Origin: Ilumatobacteraceae bacterium
Lineage (GTDB): Bacteria > Actinomycetota > Acidimicrobiia > Acidimicrobiales > Ilumatobacteraceae
Direction of reading: 5' to 3'
DNA: 28,022 bases
Assembly (NCBI GenBank): GCA_044348855.1
Contig: JBIKSB010000001.1
Span: forward strand, 1 to 28,022
Shown here: piece after piece, positions 7,672-17,032 of the stretch
Layout of the letters: every line of letters begins with the position of its first letter
How positions within the stretch are numbered: the first letter of the stretch is position 1
Made by a program: the position numbers and the translations under genes
The notes under the pieces: generated by a model
What the model saw: only the letters and a program-made list of their open reading frames with translations
Databases searched by the model: none
What the model was told of the DNA's origin: nothing

Positions 7672-8181
7672 ATGCCCCCGAAGCTTCGCGGAAAATGGGC
7701 ATTGGGGATCACCCCCCGTAATTTCACCTGGGTCATCAAAGACCGGCTTGCCATTTGCGAGCGACCAGGTGGCTACGGCGAGAATCATCGTCGCGTACGA
7801 CGCCAAGAAGAAATCATCTGGTTGCGCGAAAACCGTTTCGACCTTGTGATCTCCACCATTGCTGCACCGCACAACCTGCACGCATATGAAGAACTGAACA
7901 TGCCGTACCGCCATCGGCCCTTCGGCGGCATTGACGATGCAAGTCTTTTCCTTCGTGCGTTTTATAAAGAACTACAGACCATGTTGGCCAAGGATATGAA
8001 GTTGGTCATTCACGCCGAAGAAGTAGGCGACCGTATTTTGGGAATCGTGGGTGGCTACATCCGTTGGAGCGGAATGGTGGATGACCCGTCACAAGCCATC
8101 ATCATCACCGAGCGCATCGGTGGACGCCAACTTGATACTTGGGCACGCGAACTCATCTTGGGTGTTCACGAGTTGCGCTAA
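7672..8181 (+). CDS. Protein-tyrosine/dual-specificity phosphatase-fold protein with degenerate P-loop (probable pseudophosphatase)
   Basis: SD AGGAG. NFTWVIKDRLAICERPG...WLRE...VIS...Y...H-P...VIHAEEVGDR follows the DSP layout, with HCX5R replaced by HAX5R. Fold assignment is by eye. Confidence 0.6.
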   Translation: MPPKLRGKWALGITPRNFTWVIKDRLAICERPGGYGENHRRVRRQEEIIWLRENRFDLVISTIAAPHNLHAYEELNMPYRHRPFGGIDDASLFLRAFYKELQTMLAKDMKLVIHAEEVGDRILGIVGGYIRWSGMVDDPSQAIIITERIGGRQLDTWARELILGVHELR

Positions 8182-8205
8182 AAAAGCGCACACGTTTTCT
8201 CTCAT

Positions 8206-9177
8206 ATGAAAGGTCGCCGTGTTCTTGTCACTGGAATGGGTGGGGAATTAGGTTCACTTGTCGCCTCAATGATCGAGCGCACGACATGGGCCGGCGATGT
8301 GATGGGCTTCGATGTTGACCCGCCACGACGTCATCTTTCTCGTGCACAGTTTCATCGTGTGGATGCAACACAGCATGATCGCATTGCATCGCTGATTCAT
8401 GACTTCAACCCACATGTTGTCTTGCATGTGGGTGTATGGGAACCACATGCCCGTCTTGCCACAGATGACGCCGAAACATGCACACGGCTTGTGGCAAAAG
8501 CAGTGTTTGATGCATCACATGAAGTTGAGTCATTAGAGACAGTTGTGGTGCGAAGCGGCGTAGAGATTTATGGCCCGGGCTCATATTCGCCAGGTATTGC
8601 TGTGGAATCCACACCTATTGCACCCAACACCACATACGGTCGCATGTGTCTCAACATTGAGGAACAAGCAACCGAGTTACGCACTGCACGCGGTGTGAAT
8701 GTGTGCACTTTGCGACTTGCGCCAGTTCTTGGGCCACATGTTCCCAGCCCACTCGGGCGTCTCATGCGCTTGCCTGCAATTCCTTATTACGGTCTCGGTA
8801 ATCCTGTGTTTAGTGTTGTGGAAGATCACGATGCCGCGACTGCATTTGTACAAGCCGCCGAACGTGATGCAGATGGTGTGGTCAACATCGTGGCAAACGG
8901 AGCAATCTCTATGTTGCGTGCAACAGTTCTTGGTCGTCGACTTCCCTTGCCATCATTTGGCCCTGGTTGGTGGCTTGCACGCAACGCTTCCACGATGGCA
9001 GGTGCACCCATGCCCGACCATGTCGCCGATCTCATTCAACATGGTCGACTTATTGCATCTAATGAAGCCGCCCACCTTTTGCGTTTTGCTCCGCGTCATT
9101 CCACAACCGAAGTAGTAAAACGACTCTATGAATGGCCAAGCGTGGAACGCATTCCCGCACGCCAGCAGGTGGCATAA
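8206..9177 (+). CDS. NAD-dependent epimerase/dehydratase (extended SDR), atypical active site
   Basis: VLVTGMGGELG (TGxxGxxG), VVRSGVEIYG, YGRMC where YxxxK is expected, TLRLAPVLGP. Confidence 0.8.
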   Translation: MKGRRVLVTGMGGELGSLVASMIERTTWAGDVMGFDVDPPRRHLSRAQFHRVDATQHDRIASLIHDFNPHVVLHVGVWEPHARLATDDAETCTRLVAKAVFDASHEVESLETVVVRSGVEIYGPGSYSPGIAVESTPIAPNTTYGRMCLNIEEQATELRTARGVNVCTLRLAPVLGPHVPSPLGRLMRLPAIPYYGLGNPVFSVVEDHDAATAFVQAAERDADGVVNIVANGAISMLRATVLGRRLPLPSFGPGWWLARNASTMAGAPMPDHVADLIQHGRLIASNEAAHLLRFAPRHSTTEVVKRLYEWPSVERIPARQQVA

Positions 9178-9179
9178 CA

Positions 9180-10028
9180 ATGCCCTTCGCAATAGCTGCA
9201 GACGGTGTGCGCGTGCACTACGAAGTCACAGGCATTACCAAGCGTGCACCTGTGTTATTGGTACAAGGCCTCGGTGCAGAGAAAAACTCATGGAATCTGC
9301 AACGAGCCTCGCTTGCGCTACGCCATCAGACAATTGCATTAGATAATCGTGGTGCCGGACGCAGCGACAAACCCACAGGTAGCTACACCTTGGAACAAAT
9401 GGCCGATGATGCAATTGCGGTGCTAGATCATGCAGGCGTTGAATCAGCCCACATTGTGGGGCTCTCCATGGGTGGCGCAATTAGTCAAATCATTGCGCTG
9501 AAGTACCCACAACGCGTGCGGTCGCTCACTCTTGTCGCCACAGCATGCCGTAATCACCAATGGCGCGAAGACTTGTTGTCCTCGTGGGCCAAAGTTGCCG
9601 AAGAAGAAGGCATGACGTCGCTAGGCAAAGAAGCCGCGCGTTGGATGATTGGCCCGCGATCATTTCGCCGTGTGCTGCCCGCGCTGGGATGGATGGGCCC
9701 ATTGCAATTGTTTAACCCCGCTGGTGCATTTGTCGCACAAGTCAAAGCAATTCTCACTACCGATGATCGTGACCTTCACACAGAACTAGCAAACATCACA
9801 TGTCCCACCATGGTGGTGGTAGGCAACCAAGACATCCTCACACCACGTGGTGATGCAGAAGAGATTGCATCACTTATTCCCACTGCTGAACTTGTAATCA
9901 TCAGTGGTGGTGCACACGGGCTGCACATTGAACATGCCACCACGTTTAATCGCGTGCTGCGCGAGTTCCTTGGACGTGCAGAACGCGCGTATGTGCCCGC
10001 GATGCACGCAGCACAGGTCACTTTGTAA
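9180..10028 (+). CDS. Alpha/beta hydrolase (PcaD/enol-lactonase-like)
   Basis: DNRGAGRS, nucleophile elbow GLSMG, GNQD, GAHG. ATG 9180 preferred (2 nt after the SDR stop). Confidence 0.88.
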   Translation: MPFAIAADGVRVHYEVTGITKRAPVLLVQGLGAEKNSWNLQRASLALRHQTIALDNRGAGRSDKPTGSYTLEQMADDAIAVLDHAGVESAHIVGLSMGGAISQIIALKYPQRVRSLTLVATACRNHQWREDLLSSWAKVAEEEGMTSLGKEAARWMIGPRSFRRVLPALGWMGPLQLFNPAGAFVAQVKAILTTDDRDLHTELANITCPTMVVVGNQDILTPRGDAEEIASLIPTAELVIISGGAHGLHIEHATTFNRVLREFLGRAERAYVPAMHAAQVTL

Positions 10029-10972
10029 TGCGCGTCATTGTTATAGGTGCAGGACTATCTGGCCTCATGGCTGCACATGAACTTGTGCGTAACGGGCATG
10101 ACGTTGTGGTGTTCGATAAAGGGCGCGGAGTAGGTGGTCGATTAGCCACGCGTCGCATTGATGACGCAACACTCGACCATGGTGCTCAATTTTTTACAGT
10201 GCGCACCGATGAGTTTGCAGCGCATGTGAAGAACTGGCGCGATGCGGGCGTCGTGCATGAATGGTGCAAAGGATTTGCAGAGACAGATGGCCATCCGCGT
10301 TATGTGGGATCCAAAGGAATGTCAGGGGTTGCGAAATACCTTGCACAAGGGCTTGACATACGACTCAATTCATTGGTGTTTTCACTCACACGCACTGACA
10401 CACATTTTGTAGTCACCCTCGATGATGGCGTGGTGCATGAATGTGATGGTCTCATCCTTACTGCACCCATTCCACAATCGTTCTCACTGATGTTTTCCGC
10501 AGAGATGGAAATGCCCAAGGATTTACGCTCCATTGATTACGACCGCACACTTGGACTTCTGGCTGTGCTTGACTCCCCCACACACAACGTGCCCGCGCCC
10601 GGCGGTCTGCAGTTTCCCGATGATGTGTTCTCCTTTATTGGGGACAACCAGGCCAAAGGAATTAGTGAGGCACCCTCGCTCACTTTTCATGCCAATCCTG
10701 AGTGGAGCCTGTTGCACTTCGAACGAGATCTCGATGAGATTCACTCACTGCTTCTTGCAGCAGCCATACCTTGGCTTGGCGAGAGCAATGTCGTCTCGAG
10801 CCAGCCCAAGAAGTGGCGGTTCGCAACTCCCAGATCCACGTGGCCCGAACCTTTTTGGGCGACCCCAGATAATCGACTCGTGCTTGCGGGCGATGCATTT
10901 GCGGGGCCGAAGATGGAAGGCGCCGCACTCAGTGGCCTTGCCGCCGCTCGGCATGTGGCAGCCCACCTGTAA
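10028..10972 (+). CDS. FAD-dependent oxidoreductase, renalase-like
   Basis: VIVIGAGLSGL, DKGRGVGGRLATRR, DHGAQFFT, KKWRFA, AGDAF...MEGAALSG. Start overlaps the upstream stop (TAATG). Confidence 0.85.
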   Translation: MRVIVIGAGLSGLMAAHELVRNGHDVVVFDKGRGVGGRLATRRIDDATLDHGAQFFTVRTDEFAAHVKNWRDAGVVHEWCKGFAETDGHPRYVGSKGMSGVAKYLAQGLDIRLNSLVFSLTRTDTHFVVTLDDGVVHECDGLILTAPIPQSFSLMFSAEMEMPKDLRSIDYDRTLGLLAVLDSPTHNVPAPGGLQFPDDVFSFIGDNQAKGISEAPSLTFHANPEWSLLHFERDLDEIHSLLLAAAIPWLGESNVVSSQPKKWRFATPRSTWPEPFWATPDNRLVLAGDAFAGPKMEGAALSGLAAARHVAAHL

Positions 10973-11020
10973 CTGATTGCACCGTACAAAAGGTCTATAC
11001 ATACTCGACCTCTCGTCTAG

Positions 11021-11071
11021 ACTCCTATGGGTCTTTATAGGGACTATTTGTATCCGACTAGCCATAGGAGT
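11021..11071. promoter_or_regulatory. Perfect 10-bp inverted repeat whose 3' arm contains the Shine-Dalgarno of the 774-aa gene
   Basis: ACTCCTATGG (11021-11030) and CCATAGGAGT (11062-11071); AGGAG at 11066-11070; GTG start at 11077. Confidence 0.4.
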
Positions 11072-11076
11072 TCTGC

Positions 11077-13401
11077 GTGCGTCGTCCTTTATCCCTCATT
11101 AGTGCGGCAGTTCTTGCCGCCACCTCTTTAGTTGCGCTGTCGCAGTCACCTGTGAGTGCATCTTCTGCAGCCACCGTGGTGCGTAGTGCAACAACTGCAC
11201 CTGCATCTATTTCAGGTGCCAACACAATGCGTGCGTTGCGCCTTGCGCGATCCAACCAAATGTTCGTGGTGGGGGCAAATATTTCAACCCCTGGATCGGC
11301 CCTTCACCTGTGGAAGGTGAACGATGACCTCTCGATGGATACAACTTTTGGCGCTGTGAGTCTGGGCACAAATTTCACATTGCCAACAGCTGCAAATTCA
11401 ACTTGTGTGGCGAATCCACGTCCTGGGTATACCTGTTCTTTCTTGACAGGCTTTAGCATCAATGAAACTGCTGACAGGTATGCAATCGCTTTTAGTCGTC
11501 AGCTTTCAGGTTCGGGAAACAGGAGCAACATCTCCAACACAATCAACTCGGTTGCCTTGGGCAAAATTTCTACTGGTGAAATCTTGGCATCGGTCAATAT
11601 TGGGTCAGATCAGACGGGACTGCCTCTTTCAGACTGGTCACAATACAATCCCGTCGACATGGGCAAAAATGCATGTACCGCAGCAACTGGCGCAACACTC
11701 AACGGAACTCCACTTGAATATACGTTTCTACTCAGTCTTGCTATTCGCCCTGATGGCTCGCTCATTCTCGGCACTACATGTGACTACTCAAATCGCAACG
11801 TGTTCCCTACGCCAACGTCTATTAATGAATACGAGACAAGTCTTCTCTATGCATTGAAGCCTTCATCGGGAGCGTTGGTGTTGGACACAAGTTTTGGAAC
11901 CAACGGTGTTGTCGTCACATTCAATGACATCACCAAGTGCGGATTTGGCTTTGGAGTGGGGACTATCAATACCGCTCTCACCTCAAATGACTCTCCTGCA
12001 TTGTTTGCACCAATCAATGTCTTGGAATCACCTCGAACCACAACTTTGCCCAGTTGGTTCTCCGGTTATCAAGGCGTGACTTCTTATAGTGGCTGCGAAA
12101 GGGGATTTTCTCCCTCAACATCATCCTCGAAGTTGATCACAATGCAAGCAAACGGAACAATTAAGAACACTCTTTCGTTCCCTAACAACATGTCTTTGAT
12201 GCTTTCCCGATGGGTCATTGACCCACAAGGTCGTTGGAACACCACATCGAGCGCTTCAACGAGTGGTGCGTCTTCTTCTCAAGCCACCTACTTTGTTCGT
12301 CTCACTTCAGATGGCGCCTTTGACACCACAGTGGGAGCAAATGGAATGAAAGAAATGACCAATTTGCCCACAACTGTCACAGTGGGCGGTACGAGCGTAC
12401 GCATGAACTACGATATTTCTGGCTTTGCAACAACTGCAACTGGGATTCTGTTCACCGGATTTGCAAGTGCTATGAATCCCAGCAGCATTGACTGCAGAAA
12501 CCCACCCAATACCACTAACTCTTTGTATCCGTTTTACATAGCCCTTAATACTGGGTTGCTGACAACATACGGAACCGGTGGTCTTGGAGATGCGATCACA
12601 CTGGAATCTCCAGGTAGTGATACGTGCTCATCCAACCTTGCACGCACCTCTTTCATTAATGCAAAAGGTCAGCACATGTACTTTGCGGAAACACGCGCAT
12701 TAGGTGCTCAATCCGCTGGTCTCATGATGGCCACCTGGAACGCTGCCCCAGGAGTCACTGGTGGTGGGGACGGCAGTGGCGCTGTAGGAACTATGAGCCG
12801 TACCGATAACAAGGTGTACTCACGCAAACTGCCTACAACTACCCAAGAAGGCACTGCATTGAAGGTGCTCACCAAGAAAGCCAGCAGAACTCAAATGCTG
12901 CGCTCTACTACTCCAAAAATTTGTGTGACTCTTACCGAAAGCGTCGTACTTGTTGACGAGGGACGTTGCAATGTGCAAATAGTGAACAAAGAAGATCGCC
13001 GCGTTGTGCGCTCACTTTCAACGCGTGTACGCAGCACTGACGTTGAAGTAGGCACAACAGTCGAAGTGGAAGATGCAATTCCATTTGCACGAGTCTCTAC
13101 TCGCCTGTCAAAGGCTGCACAAGAACAAGTTGCAGAACTTGCAGAAAGTGCTGCAACAGCCAAGCGCATCATTCTTGTGGGGCACACTGCTCTTCTCACC
13201 GAAGCAACAGTGTCCAACAACTTCATCTCGCTGCAACGTGCGGCGGCAGTGAAGGCTGCGCTTCAGGCAGAGTTCAAAAAGGCTGGAGTGAATGTTCCTA
13301 TCAGCATCACAGCTCTTGGGTCACGCGCACCACTTACCACTCGAAGTTCTGAGGCTGCACAATCACGTAACCGTCGTGTCGACGTCTACGTGATGCCATA
13401 G
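11077..13401 (+). CDS. Secreted surface protein: signal peptide, DxxFG (delta-60-like) repeats, Cys-pair module, C-terminal OmpA-like domain
   Basis: Signal MRRPLSLISAAVLAATSLVALSQSPVSA; MDTTFG, LDTSFGTNG, FDTTVGANG, LTTYGTGG; C-terminus IPFARVSTRL...LVGHTA...ISLQRAAAVKAAL...LGSRAP...NRRVDV. Confidence 0.8.
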   Translation: MRRPLSLISAAVLAATSLVALSQSPVSASSAATVVRSATTAPASISGANTMRALRLARSNQMFVVGANISTPGSALHLWKVNDDLSMDTTFGAVSLGTNFTLPTAANSTCVANPRPGYTCSFLTGFSINETADRYAIAFSRQLSGSGNRSNISNTINSVALGKISTGEILASVNIGSDQTGLPLSDWSQYNPVDMGKNACTAATGATLNGTPLEYTFLLSLAIRPDGSLILGTTCDYSNRNVFPTPTSINEYETSLLYALKPSSGALVLDTSFGTNGVVVTFNDITKCGFGFGVGTINTALTSNDSPALFAPINVLESPRTTTLPSWFSGYQGVTSYSGCERGFSPSTSSSKLITMQANGTIKNTLSFPNNMSLMLSRWVIDPQGRWNTTSSASTSGASSSQATYFVRLTSDGAFDTTVGANGMKEMTNLPTTVTVGGTSVRMNYDISGFATTATGILFTGFASAMNPSSIDCRNPPNTTNSLYPFYIALNTGLLTTYGTGGLGDAITLESPGSDTCSSNLARTSFINAKGQHMYFAETRALGAQSAGLMMATWNAAPGVTGGGDGSGAVGTMSRTDNKVYSRKLPTTTQEGTALKVLTKKASRTQMLRSTTPKICVTLTESVVLVDEGRCNVQIVNKEDRRVVRSLSTRVRSTDVEVGTTVEVEDAIPFARVSTRLSKAAQEQVAELAESAATAKRIILVGHTALLTEATVSNNFISLQRAAAVKAALQAEFKKAGVNVPISITALGSRAPLTTRSSEAAQSRNRRVDVYVMP

Positions 13402-13425
13402 TTCATTCAAGTAGAGAAACTCGCG

Positions 13426-14403
13426 TTAGGCGACGGTTGCCAACAAGGCGGCCGTCGCCTTTCGCATTGCATCGGTAGTAATGCTTTGCGGCAACGCATC
13501 GCATGCACGTTCAGCTTCATCTACATAGGCGCGTGCACGATCTATTGCTGTGGCTACACCACCATTGGAGCGCACAATATGCAGCACCTTTTCGCGTTCC
13601 ACTTCATTGAGTGGTCGGCCCAAGATAGAACCAAGTTCACTTGCGGCTGCACCACCGGCGGCCAAAGTGTGCAGCACAGGCAATGTGTACACGCCTTCTT
13701 CCATGTCATGGCCGGCGGGCTTGCCTAGTTGTTCATCTGTGGCGGTGAGATCCAACACATCATCCACAATCTGGAACACCATGCCGTATGCCGCACCATA
13801 CGAAGTGAGTGCATCCACAATGGCGCGGTCGTGTCCGGCCACAAGACCACCAATGCGCGCAGCAGTGGAATACAGCGATGCGGTTTTACCGTAGATGGAA
13901 CTCAAGTACGCATCCACCGGGCGTGCCACGTTGTAGGTATGGCGCAACTCTTCAATTTGACCTTCACATAGTTGGCCAATTGTGCGCGCTAGCAATCCCG
14001 CAACTTCGGTACCTAAAGATGCGGCAATTTCTGATGCTTTTGCCAGCAAGAAATCTCCCGCCAAAATCGCTTGAAGATTTCCCCATTTCGCATTCACTGT
14101 GTCCACGCCACGTCGCGTGCTGGATTCATCCATCACATCGTCGTGGTACAAAGATCCCAAGTGCACCAATTCGCACGACACGCCGCCCATGATGGCCTCG
14201 TGTGTTGCGGGGGCATCGTTGCCCACTTGAGATGCAACAATGGCAAAAACTGGTCGCAGACGTTTCCCGCCCGCAGAAATGAGGTGTGACGCAATTTCTG
14301 TCAGATAGGCATCAGGGGTCGTCACGGAGGCCAAAAGAGCATCTTCCACCCTCTGGCGGTCAGAATCCATCGTCGGCAAACCGAGCAGCGGAGAAACAGT
14401 CAC
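13426..14403 (-). CDS. Polyprenyl diphosphate synthase (HepT/IspB-like)
   Basis: GGKRLRP, FARM HDDVMD...RRG, GKTASL, SARM FQIVDDVLD, LGKPAGHD. Confidence 0.93.
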   Translation of the reverse strand: MTVSPLLGLPTMDSDRQRVEDALLASVTTPDAYLTEIASHLISAGGKRLRPVFAIVASQVGNDAPATHEAIMGGVSCELVHLGSLYHDDVMDESSTRRGVDTVNAKWGNLQAILAGDFLLAKASEIAASLGTEVAGLLARTIGQLCEGQIEELRHTYNVARPVDAYLSSIYGKTASLYSTAARIGGLVAGHDRAIVDALTSYGAAYGMVFQIVDDVLDLTATDEQLGKPAGHDMEEGVYTLPVLHTLAAGGAAASELGSILGRPLNEVEREKVLHIVRSNGGVATAIDRARAYVDEAERACDALPQSITTDAMRKATAALLATVA

Positions 14404-14416
14404 ATCCCTGAGGCTA
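14404..14416 (-). promoter_or_regulatory. Leaderless-type -10 element for the polyprenyl synthase
   Basis: TAGCCT (14416-14411), 7 nt, GTG (14403); no SD. Confidence 0.45.
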
Positions 14417-14494
14417 CGAGGTCGGCAGGGTACTTAGCCACTGCGCCGATACACTTCACATCAATATCCACCGAATGAAAACGGGGTGGTCCCA

Positions 14495-17029
14495 TTGTTC
14501 GAACGCTTTACAGACCGGGCCCGAAGGGTCGTTGTTCTTGCCCAAGAAGAGGCGCGTCTCCTCAACCATTCATACATCGGCACCGAGCACATCTTGCTGG
14601 GTCTGATTCATGAAGGCGAAGGCGTTGCAGCCAAGTCACTTGAGTCACTGTCCATCTCGTTGGAAGCCGTACGTGCTCAAGTAGAAGAAATCATTGGCCA
14701 AGGTGGCTCCTCGCCTTCTGGCCACATTCCTTTCACACCACGTGCGAAAAAAGTTCTCGAGCTCTCGTTACGCGAGGCCCTGCAACTTGGCCATAACTAC
14801 ATCGGCACCGAGCACATCTTGCTCGGTCTGTTGCGCGAAGGCGAAGGCGTTGCTACTCAGGTACTCGTCAAGTTGGGTGCAGATCTTGGCAAGGTACGCC
14901 AGCAGGTCATCCAATTGCTCTCTGGCTACCAGGGCCCTGCAGCCAAAGGTGATGCCCCAACTGCAAGCACCGGTGCAGGCAATAAAGAAGATTCTGGCGA
15001 AAAAGGCGGAAGCCAAATTCTCGATCAGTTCGGTCGCAACCTCACACAATTGGCACGCGAGAAAAAACTTGACCCTGTTATCGGTCGCAGTCGCGAACTC
15101 GAGCGTGTCATGCAAATTCTTTCGCGTCGCACAAAGAACAACCCCGTTCTTATCGGTGAGCCTGGTGTAGGTAAAACTGCAATCGTTGAAGGTCTTGCAC
15201 AACGCATCGTCTCTAACGACATTCCAGAAACTCTCAAAGACAAGCAGCTCTACACACTCGACTTGGGTGCACTTGTTGCTGGCTCTCGCTATCGCGGAGA
15301 TTTCGAAGAGCGTTTGAAGAAAGTTCTCAAGGAAATCAAGACACGTGGCGACATCGTGTTGTTCATCGACGAGATCCACACTCTTGTGGGTGCAGGTGCT
15401 GCAGAAGGCGCAATTGATGCGGCCAGCATCTTGAAGCCCATGCTTGCACGTGGCGAGTTGCAAACAATTGGTGCAACCACCACCGATGAATACCGCAAGC
15501 ACTTAGAAAAAGATCCCGCACTTGAGCGTCGCTTTCAGCCAGTGAAAGTAGAAGAGCCCACTGTGGCCCACACCATTGAGATTCTCAAGGGTGTACGCGA
15601 CAAGTACGAATCACATCACCGTGTCACCATCACCGATCAAGCAATTGTGGCTGCTGCCAACTTGGCCGACCGCTACATCTCCGATCGTCATCTTCCCGAC
15701 AAAGCAATCGACCTTATTGACGAGGCGGGATCTCGTTTGCGCATCAAGCGCATGCAGACTCCCCCAGATCTCAAAGAACTCGACGGCAAGATTTCCGAAG
15801 TCCAAGATGCAAAGAAGAAGGCCATTGAAGATCAACGCTTCGAAGAAGCCGGCAATCTGCGCGATCAAGAACGTCAACTGCTGGAGGAAAAGGCCCAAAA
15901 AGAGGCCGATATCAAAGCACAAGGCATCAACTTGTTCGACGAAGTAGATGAAGAAGCAATTGCTGAAGTGTTGAGCATTTGGACAGGAATCCCGGTCTAC
16001 AAACTCACCGAAGAAGAGACCCAAAAGCTTCTCAACATGGAAACCGAGTTGCGCAAGCGCTACATCGGCCAAGACGATGCAGTCAAAGCAGTATCGCAAA
16101 GCATTCGTCGTACGCGTGCGGGATTGAAAGATCCTCGTCGTCCAAGCGGTTCATTCATTTTCTTGGGACCAACTGGTGTAGGTAAGACAGAACTTGCAAA
16201 GACACTTGCAGAGTTCTTGTTCGGTGATGAGCAAGCACTCATCACCCTCGACATGAGTGAATACATGGAGAAGCACACAGTGAGCCGCCTTGTAGGTTCG
16301 CCCCCCGGATACGTGGGATACGAAGAAGGTGGACAACTCACCGAAGCTGTGCGTCGTAAGCCATTCTCTGTGGTGTTGTTTGACGAAATCGAAAAAGCTC
16401 ACCCCGATGTGTTCAACACTTTGTTGCAGATCCTCGAAGAAGGTCGTCTCACCGACAGCCAAGGTCGCAGCGTAGATTTCCGTAACACCGTGCTGATCAT
16501 GACATCCAACTTGGGCACACAAGATTTGCGCAAAGCAAATGTGGGCTTCAACACTGGTGACGAAGCAATGTCGTATGCACGTATGCGTGACAAGGTGAAC
16601 GACGCTCTCAAGGCTCACTTCCGTCCAGAATTCTTGAACCGTGTTGACGAAACCATCGTGTTCCACGAACACGGCAAGCAAGAGATTCTTCAGATGGTGG
16701 ACATGATGACCAAGCGTCTCACCACACAGTTGGAATCGCAAGGCTTGGGAATTGAACTCACACAGGCTGCGAAGGAATTCCTGGCCGAGGTGGGATACGA
16801 CCCCCAATTGGGTGCACGGCCTTTGCGTCGTGCAATCCAACGCCATCTCGAAGATGCACTGTCGGAGAAGATTCTCTACAAACAGTTTGCAGCGGGACAA
16901 ATCATTGTGGCCGATGCCGAAGATGACCCTGAGAATCCTGGCAAGAAGCACATTGTGTTCCGTGCCGTCGAAGGATTTGTTGCACCAAGCGAACCACCAT
17001 TGGTGGGTGACGGCGACACTGTCGACTAA
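14495..17029 (+). CDS. clpC: ATP-dependent Clp protease ATP-binding subunit ClpC
   Basis: [21 protein letters not shown] (ClpC1-type start from TTG 14495), two Clp-N repeats [13 protein letters not shown], Walker A GEPGVGKT and [11 protein letters not shown]-like middle segment, [12 protein letters not shown]. Confidence 0.97.
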   Translation: MFERFTDRARRVVVLAQEEARLLNHSYIGTEHILLGLIHEGEGVAAKSLESLSISLEAVRAQVEEIIGQGGSSPSGHIPFTPRAKKVLELSLREALQLGHNYIGTEHILLGLLREGEGVATQVLVKLGADLGKVRQQVIQLLSGYQGPAAKGDAPTASTGAGNKEDSGEKGGSQILDQFGRNLTQLAREKKLDPVIGRSRELERVMQILSRRTKNNPVLIGEPGVGKTAIVEGLAQRIVSNDIPETLKDKQLYTLDLGALVAGSRYRGDFEERLKKVLKEIKTRGDIVLFIDEIHTLVGAGAAEGAIDAASILKPMLARGELQTIGATTTDEYRKHLEKDPALERRFQPVKVEEPTVAHTIEILKGVRDKYESHHRVTITDQAIVAAANLADRYISDRHLPDKAIDLIDEAGSRLRIKRMQTPPDLKELDGKISEVQDAKKKAIEDQRFEEAGNLRDQERQLLEEKAQKEADIKAQGINLFDEVDEEAIAEVLSIWTGIPVYKLTEEETQKLLNMETELRKRYIGQDDAVKAVSQSIRRTRAGLKDPRRPSGSFIFLGPTGVGKTELAKTLAEFLFGDEQALITLDMSEYMEKHTVSRLVGSPPGYVGYEEGGQLTEAVRRKPFSVVLFDEIEKAHPDVFNTLLQILEEGRLTDSQGRSVDFRNTVLIMTSNLGTQDLRKANVGFNTGDEAMSYARMRDKVNDALKAHFRPEFLNRVDETIVFHEHGKQEILQMVDMMTKRLTTQLESQGLGIELTQAAKEFLAEVGYDPQLGARPLRRAIQRHLEDALSEKILYKQFAAGQIIVADAEDDPENPGKKHIVFRAVEGFVAPSEPPLVGDGDTVD

Positions 17030-17032
17030 CAC

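Noticed and set aside
9132-9179. Track's longer N-termini (9132; also 1246, 14486, 19936)
   Set aside because: Downstream starts fit gene spacing, family N-termini or promoter geometry better.
11077-11160. Tat signal in the 774-aa protein (MRRPL)
   Set aside because: Poor match to S/T-R-R-x-F-L-K; the paralogous protein has an ordinary Sec-like signal.
14404-14494. SigH/SigR promoter, HAIR (HspR) site or RNA thermometer upstream of clpC
   Set aside because: No GGAA-N18/19-GTT or CTTGAGT-N7-ACTCAAG. The CCACC/GGTGG stem over the SD (14468-14489) is only 5 bp. A TACACT -10 at 14450-14455 suffices.
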